A stretch of DNA of 64,000 bases, taken from assembly GCA_965207225.1 (NCBI GenBank), contig CBDBLV010000003.1, positions 192,001 to 256,000 of the forward strand, read 5' to 3'. Every line of letters starts with the position of its first letter. The stretch's first letter is position 1. The position numbers were made by a program, and so were the translations under genes. Below are positions 17,721-26,147 of the stretch, piece by piece. Below the pieces are notes generated by a model. The model worked only from the letters and a program-made list of their open reading frames with translations, was not told where the DNA came from and searched no databases. Source of the stretch: Dehalococcoidia bacterium. Its GTDB lineage: Bacteria; Chloroflexota; Dehalococcoidia; Plut-88900.

Positions 17721-19106
17721 CTACATGTGGACTGCCTGGCCCATGGCGGCCAGTGCGGCTTCCTTGAGGGCTTCGGACAGGGTGGGGTGGGGGTGTATTG
17801 CCAGGCCGACATCCTCGATGGTGGCGTCAAGGGCCTGGGCCACTGAGACCTCTCCCAGCAACTCGGTAACCTCGGGCCCGATCATGTGAGCGCCCAGGAT
17901 CTCTCCGTATTCCGCGCCGGCAACGACCTTGACAAATCCTTCCCTGTCCCCGTGTCCGAGGGCCTTGCCGCTGGCCATGAACGGAAACTTGCCAATCTTT
18001 ACTTCCATGCCGCGTTCGCGGGCCTGGGCCTCAGTGAGACCTACGCTGGCAACCTGGGGCTGGCAGTAGGTGGCCCTGGGTATGTTCTCGGCAACCAGTC
18101 GGATGGTGGGTAGGCCGGCGATGGTCTCGACGGCGATGTGGCCCTGGGCGAAGGCGGTGTGGGCCAGGAGGGGGGCGCCGGTGACGTCGCCGACGGCGTA
18201 GACATTGGCAAGGTTAGTGTGCATCACGTCGTCTGTGGCTATGAAGCCGTTCCGCATCTCGATACCCAGAGAATCCAGTCCAGTGCCCTCAACATTCCCT
18301 TCAAGGCCCACGGCCACCAGCACCTTGTCGCAGTGCACTTCAGTGGTGTCGTCACCTTTGGAGACGGTCAGGGTCGCTATGCCGTTGGTGAATTCGGAAG
18401 CTTCGACACGGGCGCCGGTCATGACGTTGATGGCCTGCTTATGGAAGGACTTTTCCAGGACCTGGCTGATCTCCGGGTCCTCGTTGGGAAGGAGGTGAGG
18501 AAGAAGCTCGATTACTGTGACTTCACAGCCGTATGTGGACCAAAGATAGGCGAACTCGACGCCCGCGGCCCCACCGCCGACTATAGCTACGCGGTCGGGC
18601 AGATCCTTCAGGGCAAGGGCTTCCCTGGTGGTGATTATGCGTTCACCGTCGACGGGAAGGGAGGGGATGCCTTTGTTGAGGGCGCCGGTGGCGACGATGA
18701 TATTGTCCGCCTCGATCTCTTCCTTGCCATCGATTGAGACCCGCCCGGGCCCCGGGATGGAGGCATGGCCGGGAAGCACCTCAATGCCGTAGCGCTTCAT
18801 CAACGATTTAAGCCCGCCGACAAGCCTCTTTACCACTTGCCGGCTGCGGTCGACGGCCTTGCCGTAGTCCACGGTGAGCTTATCGAAAGAGAATCCGAAC
18901 TCGTTGGCCCTGTGCATCAGGGACAGGACCTCGGCGTTGCGGAGAAGGGCCTTGCTGGGAATGCAGCCCCAGTTGAGGCAGAGCCCCCCAAGCTCCTCCT
19001 CTTCCACTATAACGACACTCATGCCAAGCTGGGCGGCACGGATGGCGGCCACGTAGCCCCCCGGGCCTCCACCGATAATTGCTATGTCGTAACTGGCCAT
19101 GTCCAC
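17721..19106 (-). CDS. lpdA: Dihydrolipoyl dehydrogenase E3
   Basis: GGGPGGY, GGLCLNWGCIPSK, HPHPTLSE; start may be ATG 19100. Confidence 0.95.
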   Translation of the reverse strand: MDMASYDIAIIGGGPGGYVAAIRAAQLGMSVVIVEEEELGGLCLNWGCIPSKALLRNAEVLSLMHRANEFGFSFDKLTVDYGKAVDRSRQVVKRLVGGLKSLMKRYGIEVLPGHASIPGPGRVSIDGKEEIEADNIIVATGALNKGIPSLPVDGERIITTREALALKDLPDRVAIVGGGAAGVEFAYLWSTYGCEVTVIELLPHLLPNEDPEISQVLEKSFHKQAINVMTGARVEASEFTNGIATLTVSKGDDTTEVHCDKVLVAVGLEGNVEGTGLDSLGIEMRNGFIATDDVMHTNLANVYAVGDVTGAPLLAHTAFAQGHIAVETIAGLPTIRLVAENIPRATYCQPQVASVGLTEAQARERGMEVKIGKFPFMASGKALGHGDREGFVKVVAGAEYGEILGAHMIGPEVTELLGEVSVAQALDATIEDVGLAIHPHPTLSEALKEAALAAMGQAVHM

Positions 19107-19116
19107 AGGATACTAC

Positions 19117-19995
19117 CTAGACCTGCTCGTGGGCGTGGTATGAGCTACGCACCAGGGGCCCAGATTCCACATGACGGAACCTCATCCTCTGGCCCTCTTC
19201 CTTCAATTTGGAGAATTCTTCGGGGGTGTAGTAGCGGCTGATGGGGAGGTGAGATTCGGAGGGTCGGAGGTACTGGCCTATGGTCAGAATGTCGCAGCCG
19301 ACATCTCGGAGGTCACGCATGGTGTGAATCACTTCCTCCACCTCCTCCCCGACACCCAGCATGATGCCGGATTTGGTCAGCTTGTCCGGTGATTTGGCTT
19401 TGGCCCTCTCCAGTAACTGTAAAGACCTTTCGTAAGTGGCCCGAGAGCGAACGACTTTCTGGAGCCGGGCGACGGTCTCGATGTTGTGGTTTAGGATGTC
19501 GGGCTCGGCGGCCAGCACGGTGTCCAGGCTGGATTCGGAGCCGCCAAAGTCCGGTATGAGAACCTCGATGCGGGTGTCGGGGTTGCGGTCACGGGTCCTG
19601 GAAATGGTCTGTGCGAAGGCGGATGCCCCGCCATCGGGGAGGTCGTCCCGGGCCACTGATGTTATGACCACGTGGGAGAGGCGCATCTTCTCGACGGCCC
19701 GGGCCACGCGCTCGGGTTCCAGGGGGTCGTTCCAGGTGGGCTTGCCGGAGGTGACGGCGCAGAAGCGGCAGGCCCGGGTGCAGACATCGCCCAGGATCAT
19801 GAAAGTGGCTGTACGGTTCTGCCAGCATTCGAAGATGTTGGGGCAGTTGGCCTCTTCGCAGACCGTGTTCAGGGACATTTTGCGCATCAGGGACTTCAGC
19901 TCCATGTAGTTGGGGCCGGTCTTGAGGCGCACCTTCAGCCACGGGGGACGGCGGGAGGGTGGGGAAGGTTTTGTGGGGGTTGCTGTGGGTCCCAT
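19117..19995 (-). CDS. lipA: Lipoyl synthase
   Basis: [27 protein letters not shown]; start approximate. Confidence 0.95.
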   Translation of the reverse strand: MGPTATPTKPSPPSRRPPWLKVRLKTGPNYMELKSLMRKMSLNTVCEEANCPNIFECWQNRTATFMILGDVCTRACRFCAVTSGKPTWNDPLEPERVARAVEKMRLSHVVITSVARDDLPDGGASAFAQTISRTRDRNPDTRIEVLIPDFGGSESSLDTVLAAEPDILNHNIETVARLQKVVRSRATYERSLQLLERAKAKSPDKLTKSGIMLGVGEEVEEVIHTMRDLRDVGCDILTIGQYLRPSESHLPISRYYTPEEFSKLKEEGQRMRFRHVESGPLVRSSYHAHEQV

Positions 19996-20165
19996 ATCCA
20001 AAAGGTCTCGGTGCCAATTCCCTAAGGGACACGCATGCACATTATACACCGTCGTCGTTAGGAGAATTGAGAAGCCTGATTGCTATGCAATGGCACGAGT
20101 ACAGGGATGGACGCAGGTTCTGGGCCGGGCCAGAGGAGGATGTCTACTATTAAGACTTTGAATCT

Positions 20166-20190
20166 ATTATTGAGATTCTTTCGCAATAAT
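20166..20190. promoter_or_regulatory. Zur/Fur-like palindromic operator A
   Basis: ATTATTG-AGATTCTTTCG-CAATAAT, AT-rich inverted repeat upstream of the zinc ABC operon. Confidence 0.6.
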
Positions 20191-20239
20191 TGACGCTTTG
20201 TCACACTAAACTTGTTGAATCGAAAACGGCGTATTATTC

Positions 20240-20268
20240 TTGACAATAAGCGCGCACAGCTTTAGCAT
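20240..20268 (+). promoter_or_regulatory. Sigma70 promoter for znuA
   Basis: TTGACA, 17 nt, TAGCAT. Confidence 0.55.
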
Positions 20269-20317
20269 GGCTAGCTGTCCTTAGGCCCAACGCAAGACTT
20301 CTTTGCCAAACAAACAG

Positions 20318-20335
20318 CGAGATTTTATCTCAATA
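20318..20335. promoter_or_regulatory. Zur/Fur-like operator B
   Basis: GAGAT-TTT-ATCTC(AATA), same TGAGA-N5-TCTCA geometry as operator A. Confidence 0.5.
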
Positions 20336-20349
20336 GTGGGGTTCACACT

Positions 20350-21981
20350 ATGACATTCAACACCTTTAGAGGTCGTTTGCCGATGGCGTTGCTAGCACTC
20401 ATGCTGGTCGGCCTGCTGGCATTTGCCGGAATAGCGGGATGCTCGGGTGAAGAAGATGTGGTGGAAGAAGTAGAGCAAACCACCGAAGTAGTTGAGGGTG
20501 AAGAAGAGGTGGAACAGGCCACCGAAGCAGCTGAGGGTGAAGAAGAGGTAGTGGAAGAGGTGGAACAGGCCACCGAAGCAGCTGAGGGTGAAGAAGAGGC
20601 AGAGGAGGTGGAGGAGGCGGATAAGATAAAGGTTGTTACTACCACCAATTTTGTGGCTGATTGGGTCGAAAACGTGGGCGGCAACCGGGTGGAAGTGTTC
20701 AGCCTGGTCCCGACCGGCGCCGACCCCCACGGGTTCCAGCCCGGGGCGAGAGACGTTGCGAGGGTTGCGGATGCCGACCTGGTATTCAGCGTAGGGCTGG
20801 GGCTGGAAGACTCCTGGCTAAATGACCTGCTCCAAAACGCAGCCCGGGACCCCTCCCGCATTGTAGCGCTGACGGATTCGATAGAGCCGATAGAGTTTGG
20901 TGAAACCCACAGGGAAGACGTGGAACTGATCGCGGCCATCGAGGAAATCGTCCATGAAGTTGAAGAAGGCCATTTAAGCGCTGCTGATGCCATCGAGGAG
21001 ATAGAGCACCTCCTGGCTGCCAAGGAAGAGGGCCACGACGACCATGACCACGACGAGGAAGAGGGCCACGACGACCATGACCACGACGAGGAAGATGACC
21101 ACGACGACCACGACCACGATGAGGAAGATGACCACGACGACCATGACCACGATGAGGAAGATGACCACGACGACCATGACCACGATGAGGAAGATGACCA
21201 CGACGACCATGACCACGATGAGGAAGATGACCACGACGACCATGACCACGATGAGGAAGATGACCACGACGACCATGACCACGATGAGGAAGATGACCAC
21301 GACGACCATGACCATGGAGGGGAAAGTGTTGCCGCAAAGGTCCAGGCCATAATCGACCAGGTGGAAAGCGGCGCTATGTCCTTCGGCGAGGCCATTGAGG
21401 AGATCGACCACCTGGTGCATGATGAGGAGGATGCCCACGCGGGACACGGGCACGGCGTAGAAGACCCACACTTCTGGTTCGACCCACTACGGGTGAAGCT
21501 GGCAGTGGACTACATAGCTGAGCAGTTGTCAGTGCTGGACCCGGCCGGGGCCAACGGTTACTGGTCCAATGCGACAGCCTACAAGGCTCAACTGGATGAG
21601 CTGGACGCATGGACGCAAGAGCAGGTCAGTGCGGTGCCTGAGTCCAACCGATTCCTATTGACCTCCCACGACAGCCTCGGATACTTCGCCGACAGGTATG
21701 GCTTCGAGGTGATTGGAGTCATACTCGGAATCACCACGGAGGTAGAGCCTTCGGCGGAGCACCTGGTTGAACTCGTGCATACTATCGAGAGATACAATGT
21801 GCCGGCGGTGTTCGGCGAGACTACGGTCAGTGAACGGCTGGCCGCTGCGCTCGCTGGGGAGACGGGCGCCGAGTTGGTTAAGCTGTACTCGGGCTCGCTG
21901 GGCGCGGAAGGAAGCGGCGCGGAAACCTACATAGGCATGTTCAGGGCCAACGTGGAGAGCATAGTCGGCGCACTGAGGTAG
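20350..21981 (+). CDS. znuA: Zinc/manganese ABC substrate-binding lipoprotein with acidic N-terminal repeats and a very long His-Asp insert
   Basis: Lipobox IAGC, VVTTT, DPHGFQP, GLGLE, DPHFWFDP, HDSLGYFA.RYG. Confidence 0.9.
   Translation: MTFNTFRGRLPMALLALMLVGLLAFAGIAGCSGEEDVVEEVEQTTEVVEGEEEVEQATEAAEGEEEVVEEVEQATEAAEGEEEAEEVEEADKIKVVTTTNFVADWVENVGGNRVEVFSLVPTGADPHGFQPGARDVARVADADLVFSVGLGLEDSWLNDLLQNAARDPSRIVALTDSIEPIEFGETHREDVELIAAIEEIVHEVEEGHLSAADAIEEIEHLLAAKEEGHDDHDHDEEEGHDDHDHDEEDDHDDHDHDEEDDHDDHDHDEEDDHDDHDHDEEDDHDDHDHDEEDDHDDHDHDEEDDHDDHDHDEEDDHDDHDHGGESVAAKVQAIIDQVESGAMSFGEAIEEIDHLVHDEEDAHAGHGHGVEDPHFWFDPLRVKLAVDYIAEQLSVLDPAGANGYWSNATAYKAQLDELDAWTQEQVSAVPESNRFLLTSHDSLGYFADRYGFEVIGVILGITTEVEPSAEHLVELVHTIERYNVPAVFGETTVSERLAAALAGETGAELVKLYSGSLGAEGSGAETYIGMFRANVESIVGALR
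21034..21315 (+). repeat. Coding tandem repeat, 9 x 33 bp (HDDHDHDEEDD)
   Basis: Direct reading: nine HDDHDH units, 27 His. Confidence 0.95.
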
Positions 21982-22016
21982 GGGCCTTCAAAAGGGCGTA
22001 GATACCGGAACCCGAG

Positions 22017-22784
22017 ATGATAAAGACAGTTTCCAGTCCCGGTATAAGCGTCGATGACATCACCGTAGTTCGCGGCGGTCATACGGCGCTGACGGACGTT
22101 ACCTTTTCGGTAGGGCCAGCTACTCTCTTGGGAGTGGTAGGCCCTAACGGAGCAGGTAAGAGCACCTTGCTGGAGGCTATTGTTGGCCTATTGCCCCTGG
22201 ACAAGGGCTCGGTCCAACTTCATGGCTCTGCCGCCGAAAAGGGAGGGATAGCCTACGTTCCGCAAAGGGACAGGATAAACTGGGCCTTTCCGGCCACGGT
22301 GCACGACGTTGTGATGATGGGGAGGTGCTGCAACCTGGGATGGTTTCGACAGCCCGGTAGGTATGACCGGGAGTTGGTCTGCGAATGCCTGGAGCGGGTT
22401 GACATGTGGGACAGGCGCAGTTCGCCAATCACCGAGTTGTCGGGAGGGCAGCGCCAGAGGGTATTCATAGGTCGGGCGCTAGCGCAGGAGGCCAGTGTAA
22501 TCCTGCTGGACGAGGCATTCAGCGGCGTGGATGCCGGGGCCCAGGAAGACATCATCGAAGTACTTCAGGTTCTCCGGGACGAGGGCCGGGTAGCGGTGGT
22601 GGTAACCCACGACCTGACCAACCTTGCCCAGCGCTTCGACGAGATACTCTGCATTAACCATCACCTCTGCGCCAAGGGCCCTCCTGAAGAAGCCTTCACT
22701 CCTGAAGTCATGACGGAGCTCTACGGGTCTCACGGCGTTGAGTTCGCCCCCGATCACTACGAGCCGACCCTCAGCGGACGGTAG
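22017..22784 (+). CDS. znuC: Metal ABC transporter ATPase
   Basis: GPNGAGKST, YVPQR, LSGGQRQR, LLDE, THD. Confidence 0.92.
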   Translation: MIKTVSSPGISVDDITVVRGGHTALTDVTFSVGPATLLGVVGPNGAGKSTLLEAIVGLLPLDKGSVQLHGSAAEKGGIAYVPQRDRINWAFPATVHDVVMMGRCCNLGWFRQPGRYDRELVCECLERVDMWDRRSSPITELSGGQRQRVFIGRALAQEASVILLDEAFSGVDAGAQEDIIEVLQVLRDEGRVAVVVTHDLTNLAQRFDEILCINHHLCAKGPPEEAFTPEVMTELYGSHGVEFAPDHYEPTLSGR

Positions 22785-23602
22785 TGGACTACATATCCGA
22801 TCCCTTCCAGTACAGCTTCATGGTGCGGGCGCTTATCGTGTCGGTGCTGGTGGGGGTGATGTGCCCGATACTGGGGGCATACGTGATCACCAGGGGTCGG
22901 GCCTTCATGGGCGACGCCCTGGCCCACTCCGTGCTGCCGGCCATGATAGCGGCCTTCATGCTGGGTTTCAGCCCCTTCTTCGCCGCGGTGCCGGCAGCAG
23001 TCCTGATAGCCATACTAATGGGGAGCATCAGTCGGCGCACGGGCATCAGCGAAGACACCTCGATTGGCATCATATTTGCGGGTATGTTCGCTCTCGGGCT
23101 GGTGATGCTGTCCACGGCGACAAATATCAACATTGATATAGAGGACCTGTTGCTTGGGCAGGTGCTGGGGGTTTCGCAGACTGATGTCTACGTGTCCCTG
23201 GGGCTGACGGCTCTGGTGCTGGCGGGACTATATGCCTTCCATCGACAGCTGATCTATACGACGTTCGACCTAGTGGGGGCGGCTGTTGTCGGGATCAAGA
23301 CCAGGATAATTGAATACGTGCTGCTGGCCCTTTTGGGCCTGGTGATAGTGATCGGGATCCAGGCGGCGGGTATCGTGCTGGTTATGGCTATGCTCATAAC
23401 TCCTGCCGCTGCGGCCTACCTGATAGCCAAGAGGTTCGTGGGGGTGATGGTGTTGGGGGCAGTGATTGGGGCTGCATCGGCAGTCACGGGCCTTTACCTC
23501 TCTTACTATGTGGACCTACCCTCGGGGCCGGCGATGGCACTGGTGGCGACGGGGGTCTTTGCAGTGACGGCTGTGGGGAAGCGGAGATTCGCGACCAGGT
23601 AG
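22784..23602 (+). CDS. znuB: Metal ABC transporter permease
   Basis: GDALAHSVLP, DTSIG, LLLG, TPAAAA, PSGP. Confidence 0.92.
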   Translation: MDYISDPFQYSFMVRALIVSVLVGVMCPILGAYVITRGRAFMGDALAHSVLPAMIAAFMLGFSPFFAAVPAAVLIAILMGSISRRTGISEDTSIGIIFAGMFALGLVMLSTATNINIDIEDLLLGQVLGVSQTDVYVSLGLTALVLAGLYAFHRQLIYTTFDLVGAAVVGIKTRIIEYVLLALLGLVIVIGIQAAGIVLVMAMLITPAAAAYLIAKRFVGVMVLGAVIGAASAVTGLYLSYYVDLPSGPAMALVATGVFAVTAVGKRRFATR

Positions 23603-23768
23603 TCTGGCGGTCCCGCTCCACGAATGTCCGAAGAGTCCTTCCAACCCCGTTCAAGACGGCTGTGCCTATTCCCCGTTTAGTGAATGTGACGGGCCCCTGA
23701 AGTTAAGGCACTAGCAGTGCTTTTCCAACGAGGATTCGGGCGCTCCGTAAATTGGTTTTGATGTCCTA

Positions 23769-23831
23769 TTGCATTTAATGAGACATATATGACATACTTA
23801 CTGAGACACGTATGAGATTTTGTATCTCATA
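23769..23831 (+). promoter_or_regulatory. Putative promoter and palindromic operator of the His-rich peptide gene
   Basis: TTGCAT (23769), 18 nt, CATACT (23793); TATGAGAT-TTTGT-ATCTCATA (23811-23831); extra TGAGAC half-sites at 23779 and 23802. Confidence 0.5.
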
Positions 23832-23899
23832 GCTTCAGCCGGGCCCCCGGACAGTCCGGGGGTTGGCATGCTGGAGAAAAAGCTCAGGAGGCAAATACT

Positions 23900-24121
23900 A
23901 TGGCAAACGCCCATGACTCTCATGAGTGCGACGCTCATGAGCACCACGGTGACGAGCCCGGGCACATCCACGACGCTCACGAGTGCGACGGGCACGAGCA
24001 CCACGCCGAGGACCACGGCCACGACTCGCATGAGTGCGACACGCACGAGCACCATGGCGACGAAGCCGGGCACGTACATGACCCGCACGAGTGCGACGGA
24101 CACGAGCACCACGGACACTAG
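23900..24121 (+). CDS. 73-aa His/Asp/Glu/Cys-rich repeat peptide, candidate metal-storage protein
   Basis: SD AGGAGG (23886-23891), ATG 23900; 4 x HDxHECDxHEHH with synonymous codon variation between repeats; followed by a terminator. Confidence 0.85.
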   Translation: MANAHDSHECDAHEHHGDEPGHIHDAHECDGHEHHAEDHGHDSHECDTHEHHGDEAGHVHDPHECDGHEHHGH

Positions 24122-24142
24122 ACCGAAATATCCAGAAAATCG

Positions 24143-24200
24143 GCCAAGGTCGCTGGACCTTGGCAAGGAAAAGCGCCGACCTCTTTGGGTCGGCGCTTTT
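24143..24200. terminator. Two tandem hairpins; the second is a bidirectional intrinsic terminator
   Basis: GCCAAGGTC/GACCTTGGC (24143-24164); AAAAGCGCCGACC/GGTCGGCGCTTTT (24169-24200). Confidence 0.85.
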
Positions 24201-24241
24201 GCGTTCACTGCGTTTAGAGGCCCGCTGCTAAGGATGGTGTG

Positions 24242-24544
24242 TTAGATGGGGAACCACTTCCTTCTAACGTTGCCGAAGCGAGACCGGGACACGAGGTGGT
24301 CTTCCTTGCATCCCAGTACGGATTCCTCTGCCTGTATCGTAGCGTGGGTGATACCGAAGTTGTCATGGGCGAGGTCCTTGATGCTCCTCAAGAGCTCATC
24401 CCTGTCTCCTGGGTAGTTGGGATTTATGAGCACATGGGCGGTGAAGGCGACCATTCCGGGGGTGATTGTCCAGACGTGAACGTCGTGGATGAAGGTAACG
24501 CATGGGATGTCCTCGGCGTCCCAGGGCTGGGGATGTGACTCCAC
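24242..24544 (-). pseudogene. C-terminal remnant of a CzcD/ZitB-type cation diffusion facilitator
   Basis: IHDVHVWTITPG..AFTAHV and FGITHATIQ are typical of the CDF cytoplasmic domain; no transmembrane domain upstream, where REP-like repeats lie instead. Confidence 0.75.
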
Positions 24545-24589
24545 CGCTGCCTAGATCTGGAAATATCGTCGGAAGTACGGGTCCGTCAA

Positions 24590-24770
24590 TTCTTGAGACC
24601 CTTCGACCCAGTTCAGGGCGAGCGAAATGCCCCGCCCCCAAGGGATGGATTCCCGATCGGAGTCGGGAATAACGTTTATGCAAAGGTCTCCTTTAAGGGA
24701 GAAGGGGAAGAATAAACAGAGAGATGCACCTGCACCAAGACACAAGTGCATCTCTCCGATTTGTTACTGG
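24590..24770. repeat. Repeat cluster: REP-like palindromes, IS-end-like motif and composite repeat copy 2
   Basis: TTGAGACCCTTCGAC..TCAGGGCGAGCG; ATGGATTCCCGATCGGAGTCGGGAAT (24645-24670); TGCAAAGGTCTC (24679-24690); 11-bp stem 24719-24756. Confidence 0.75.
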
Positions 24771-24895
24771 AGGAGGACCAGGGGCCCTGATTGCAATATC
24801 ATTGTTTCAATTTATGGCCTAGTTTGGTACAATCAAAAACCGTGAGCAAAAAAAGCTCGAAATGGGTGCCTGATAGGAGAGGAGTGATTTTAGTC

Positions 24896-26014
24896 ATGAG
24901 ATATAAAGGCTTATTTGGGATGCTTGTACTCGGCGTCCTCCTGGCCGTGGTTGTCGCTTGCGGCGGTGGGCTTTCGGAGGAGGACGTGGAGACCCGGGCG
25001 CAGGAGTTGGCTGACCAGATGGCTGCCGAGATGGCCACGGGCGAAAGGCTGGCCGCCATACAGGAACGGGGCGTAGTAATATGCGCCAGCAGGAACGACG
25101 TACCGGGCTACGGATCCCTTGACGCAGCCGGCAACAACGTCGGATTCGACATAGACCTGTGCCGGGCGGTTGCTACCGCGGTGCTCGGGGACCCGAACGC
25201 CATTGAGATCCGGCTGATCACGGCGGCGGAACGAGGCCCGACGATCCAGTCAGGCGAAGTGGACCTGCTGGTAAGGACCGTGACTTGGACCACCTCCCGA
25301 GACGCAAGCTGGGGCAACTACGTGCAGACCATGTTCTACGACGGACAGGGTTTCATGGTCCCCAACTCTCTGGGCATTTCCAGCGCCCTGGAGCTAAAGG
25401 ACGCCACGGTCTGCGTAACCCAGGGAACTACGACAGAACTGAACCTCCAGGACTTCTCCAACCAGAACAACCTGAACATCACTCCGCTGACATTCGAGGA
25501 CACGGACGCCGTGGTCGCTGCTTATGAGAACGAGCAGTGCGACTCCTTCACCAATGACAACTCCCAGCTGGCCGCGCTGGGCACTGCGCTTTCGGACCGG
25601 AGCGCCCACACGATTCTTCCGGACACGATATCGGAAGAGCCCCTGGGGCCTGTTGTTCCTCATGGGGACGACCAGTGGTTCGACATCGTGAAGACGGTCA
25701 TGGGCATCCTGATCTACTCGGAGGCCTACGGGGTTGACTCGGGCAGCGTGCCCACATCGAGCACCGGAGACACCAAGGTTGACAGGCTGTTCGGCCTAGA
25801 GGGCTCCTTTGGACAGGACGCTCTTGGCCTGGACCAGACTGTTGCGCAGGACGTAATCAAGGCCGTTGGAAACTACGGCGAGATCTACGACCGCAACCTG
25901 GGCCCCGACGGGATCAACCTCCCCCGGGAAGGCGGACGGAACGCACTGTGGTCCAACGCCCCGTGCACCGACTGCCCGAAGGGCGGCCAGATATACGCAG
26001 CGCCTCTGCGTTAA
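24896..26014 (+). CDS. aapJ: General L-amino acid ABC transporter substrate-binding lipoprotein (AapJ/BztA)
   Basis: Lipobox VVAC, GFDIDLCRAVA, TWTTSRD, YDGQGF, SEEPLGP, VGNYGEIY.RNLG, YAAPLR. Confidence 0.9.
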   Translation: MRYKGLFGMLVLGVLLAVVVACGGGLSEEDVETRAQELADQMAAEMATGERLAAIQERGVVICASRNDVPGYGSLDAAGNNVGFDIDLCRAVATAVLGDPNAIEIRLITAAERGPTIQSGEVDLLVRTVTWTTSRDASWGNYVQTMFYDGQGFMVPNSLGISSALELKDATVCVTQGTTTELNLQDFSNQNNLNITPLTFEDTDAVVAAYENEQCDSFTNDNSQLAALGTALSDRSAHTILPDTISEEPLGPVVPHGDDQWFDIVKTVMGILIYSEAYGVDSGSVPTSSTGDTKVDRLFGLEGSFGQDALGLDQTVAQDVIKAVGNYGEIYDRNLGPDGINLPREGGRNALWSNAPCTDCPKGGQIYAAPLR

Positions 26015-26147
26015 GATTTGAGCGCCATAGCGTAAAAGCAAACATGAAGGGTGGCCGACGGATGTGGGCCGCCCCTCAGCTTTTTGTCAAAAACGGGCAA
26101 AAGTCTTGCCGATGTAATAGAATCAGCCTGTTACTGGACTGGCTACA

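Noticed and set aside
21034-21315. CRISPR-like array with a 33-bp period
   Set aside because: Units are contiguous with no unique spacers, lie in frame within znuA, and no cas genes are present.
20343-21471. Ser/Trp-, Arg/Gly/His-, Val- and Thr/Met-rich ORFs in alternative frames
   Set aside because: They are shadow frames of the ZnuA tandem repeat.
23798-24245. Thr-rich 141-aa and hydrophobic antisense 136-aa ORFs over the His peptide
   Set aside because: They have no SD and run through the terminator hairpins; codon variation between repeats preserves the His/Cys frame.
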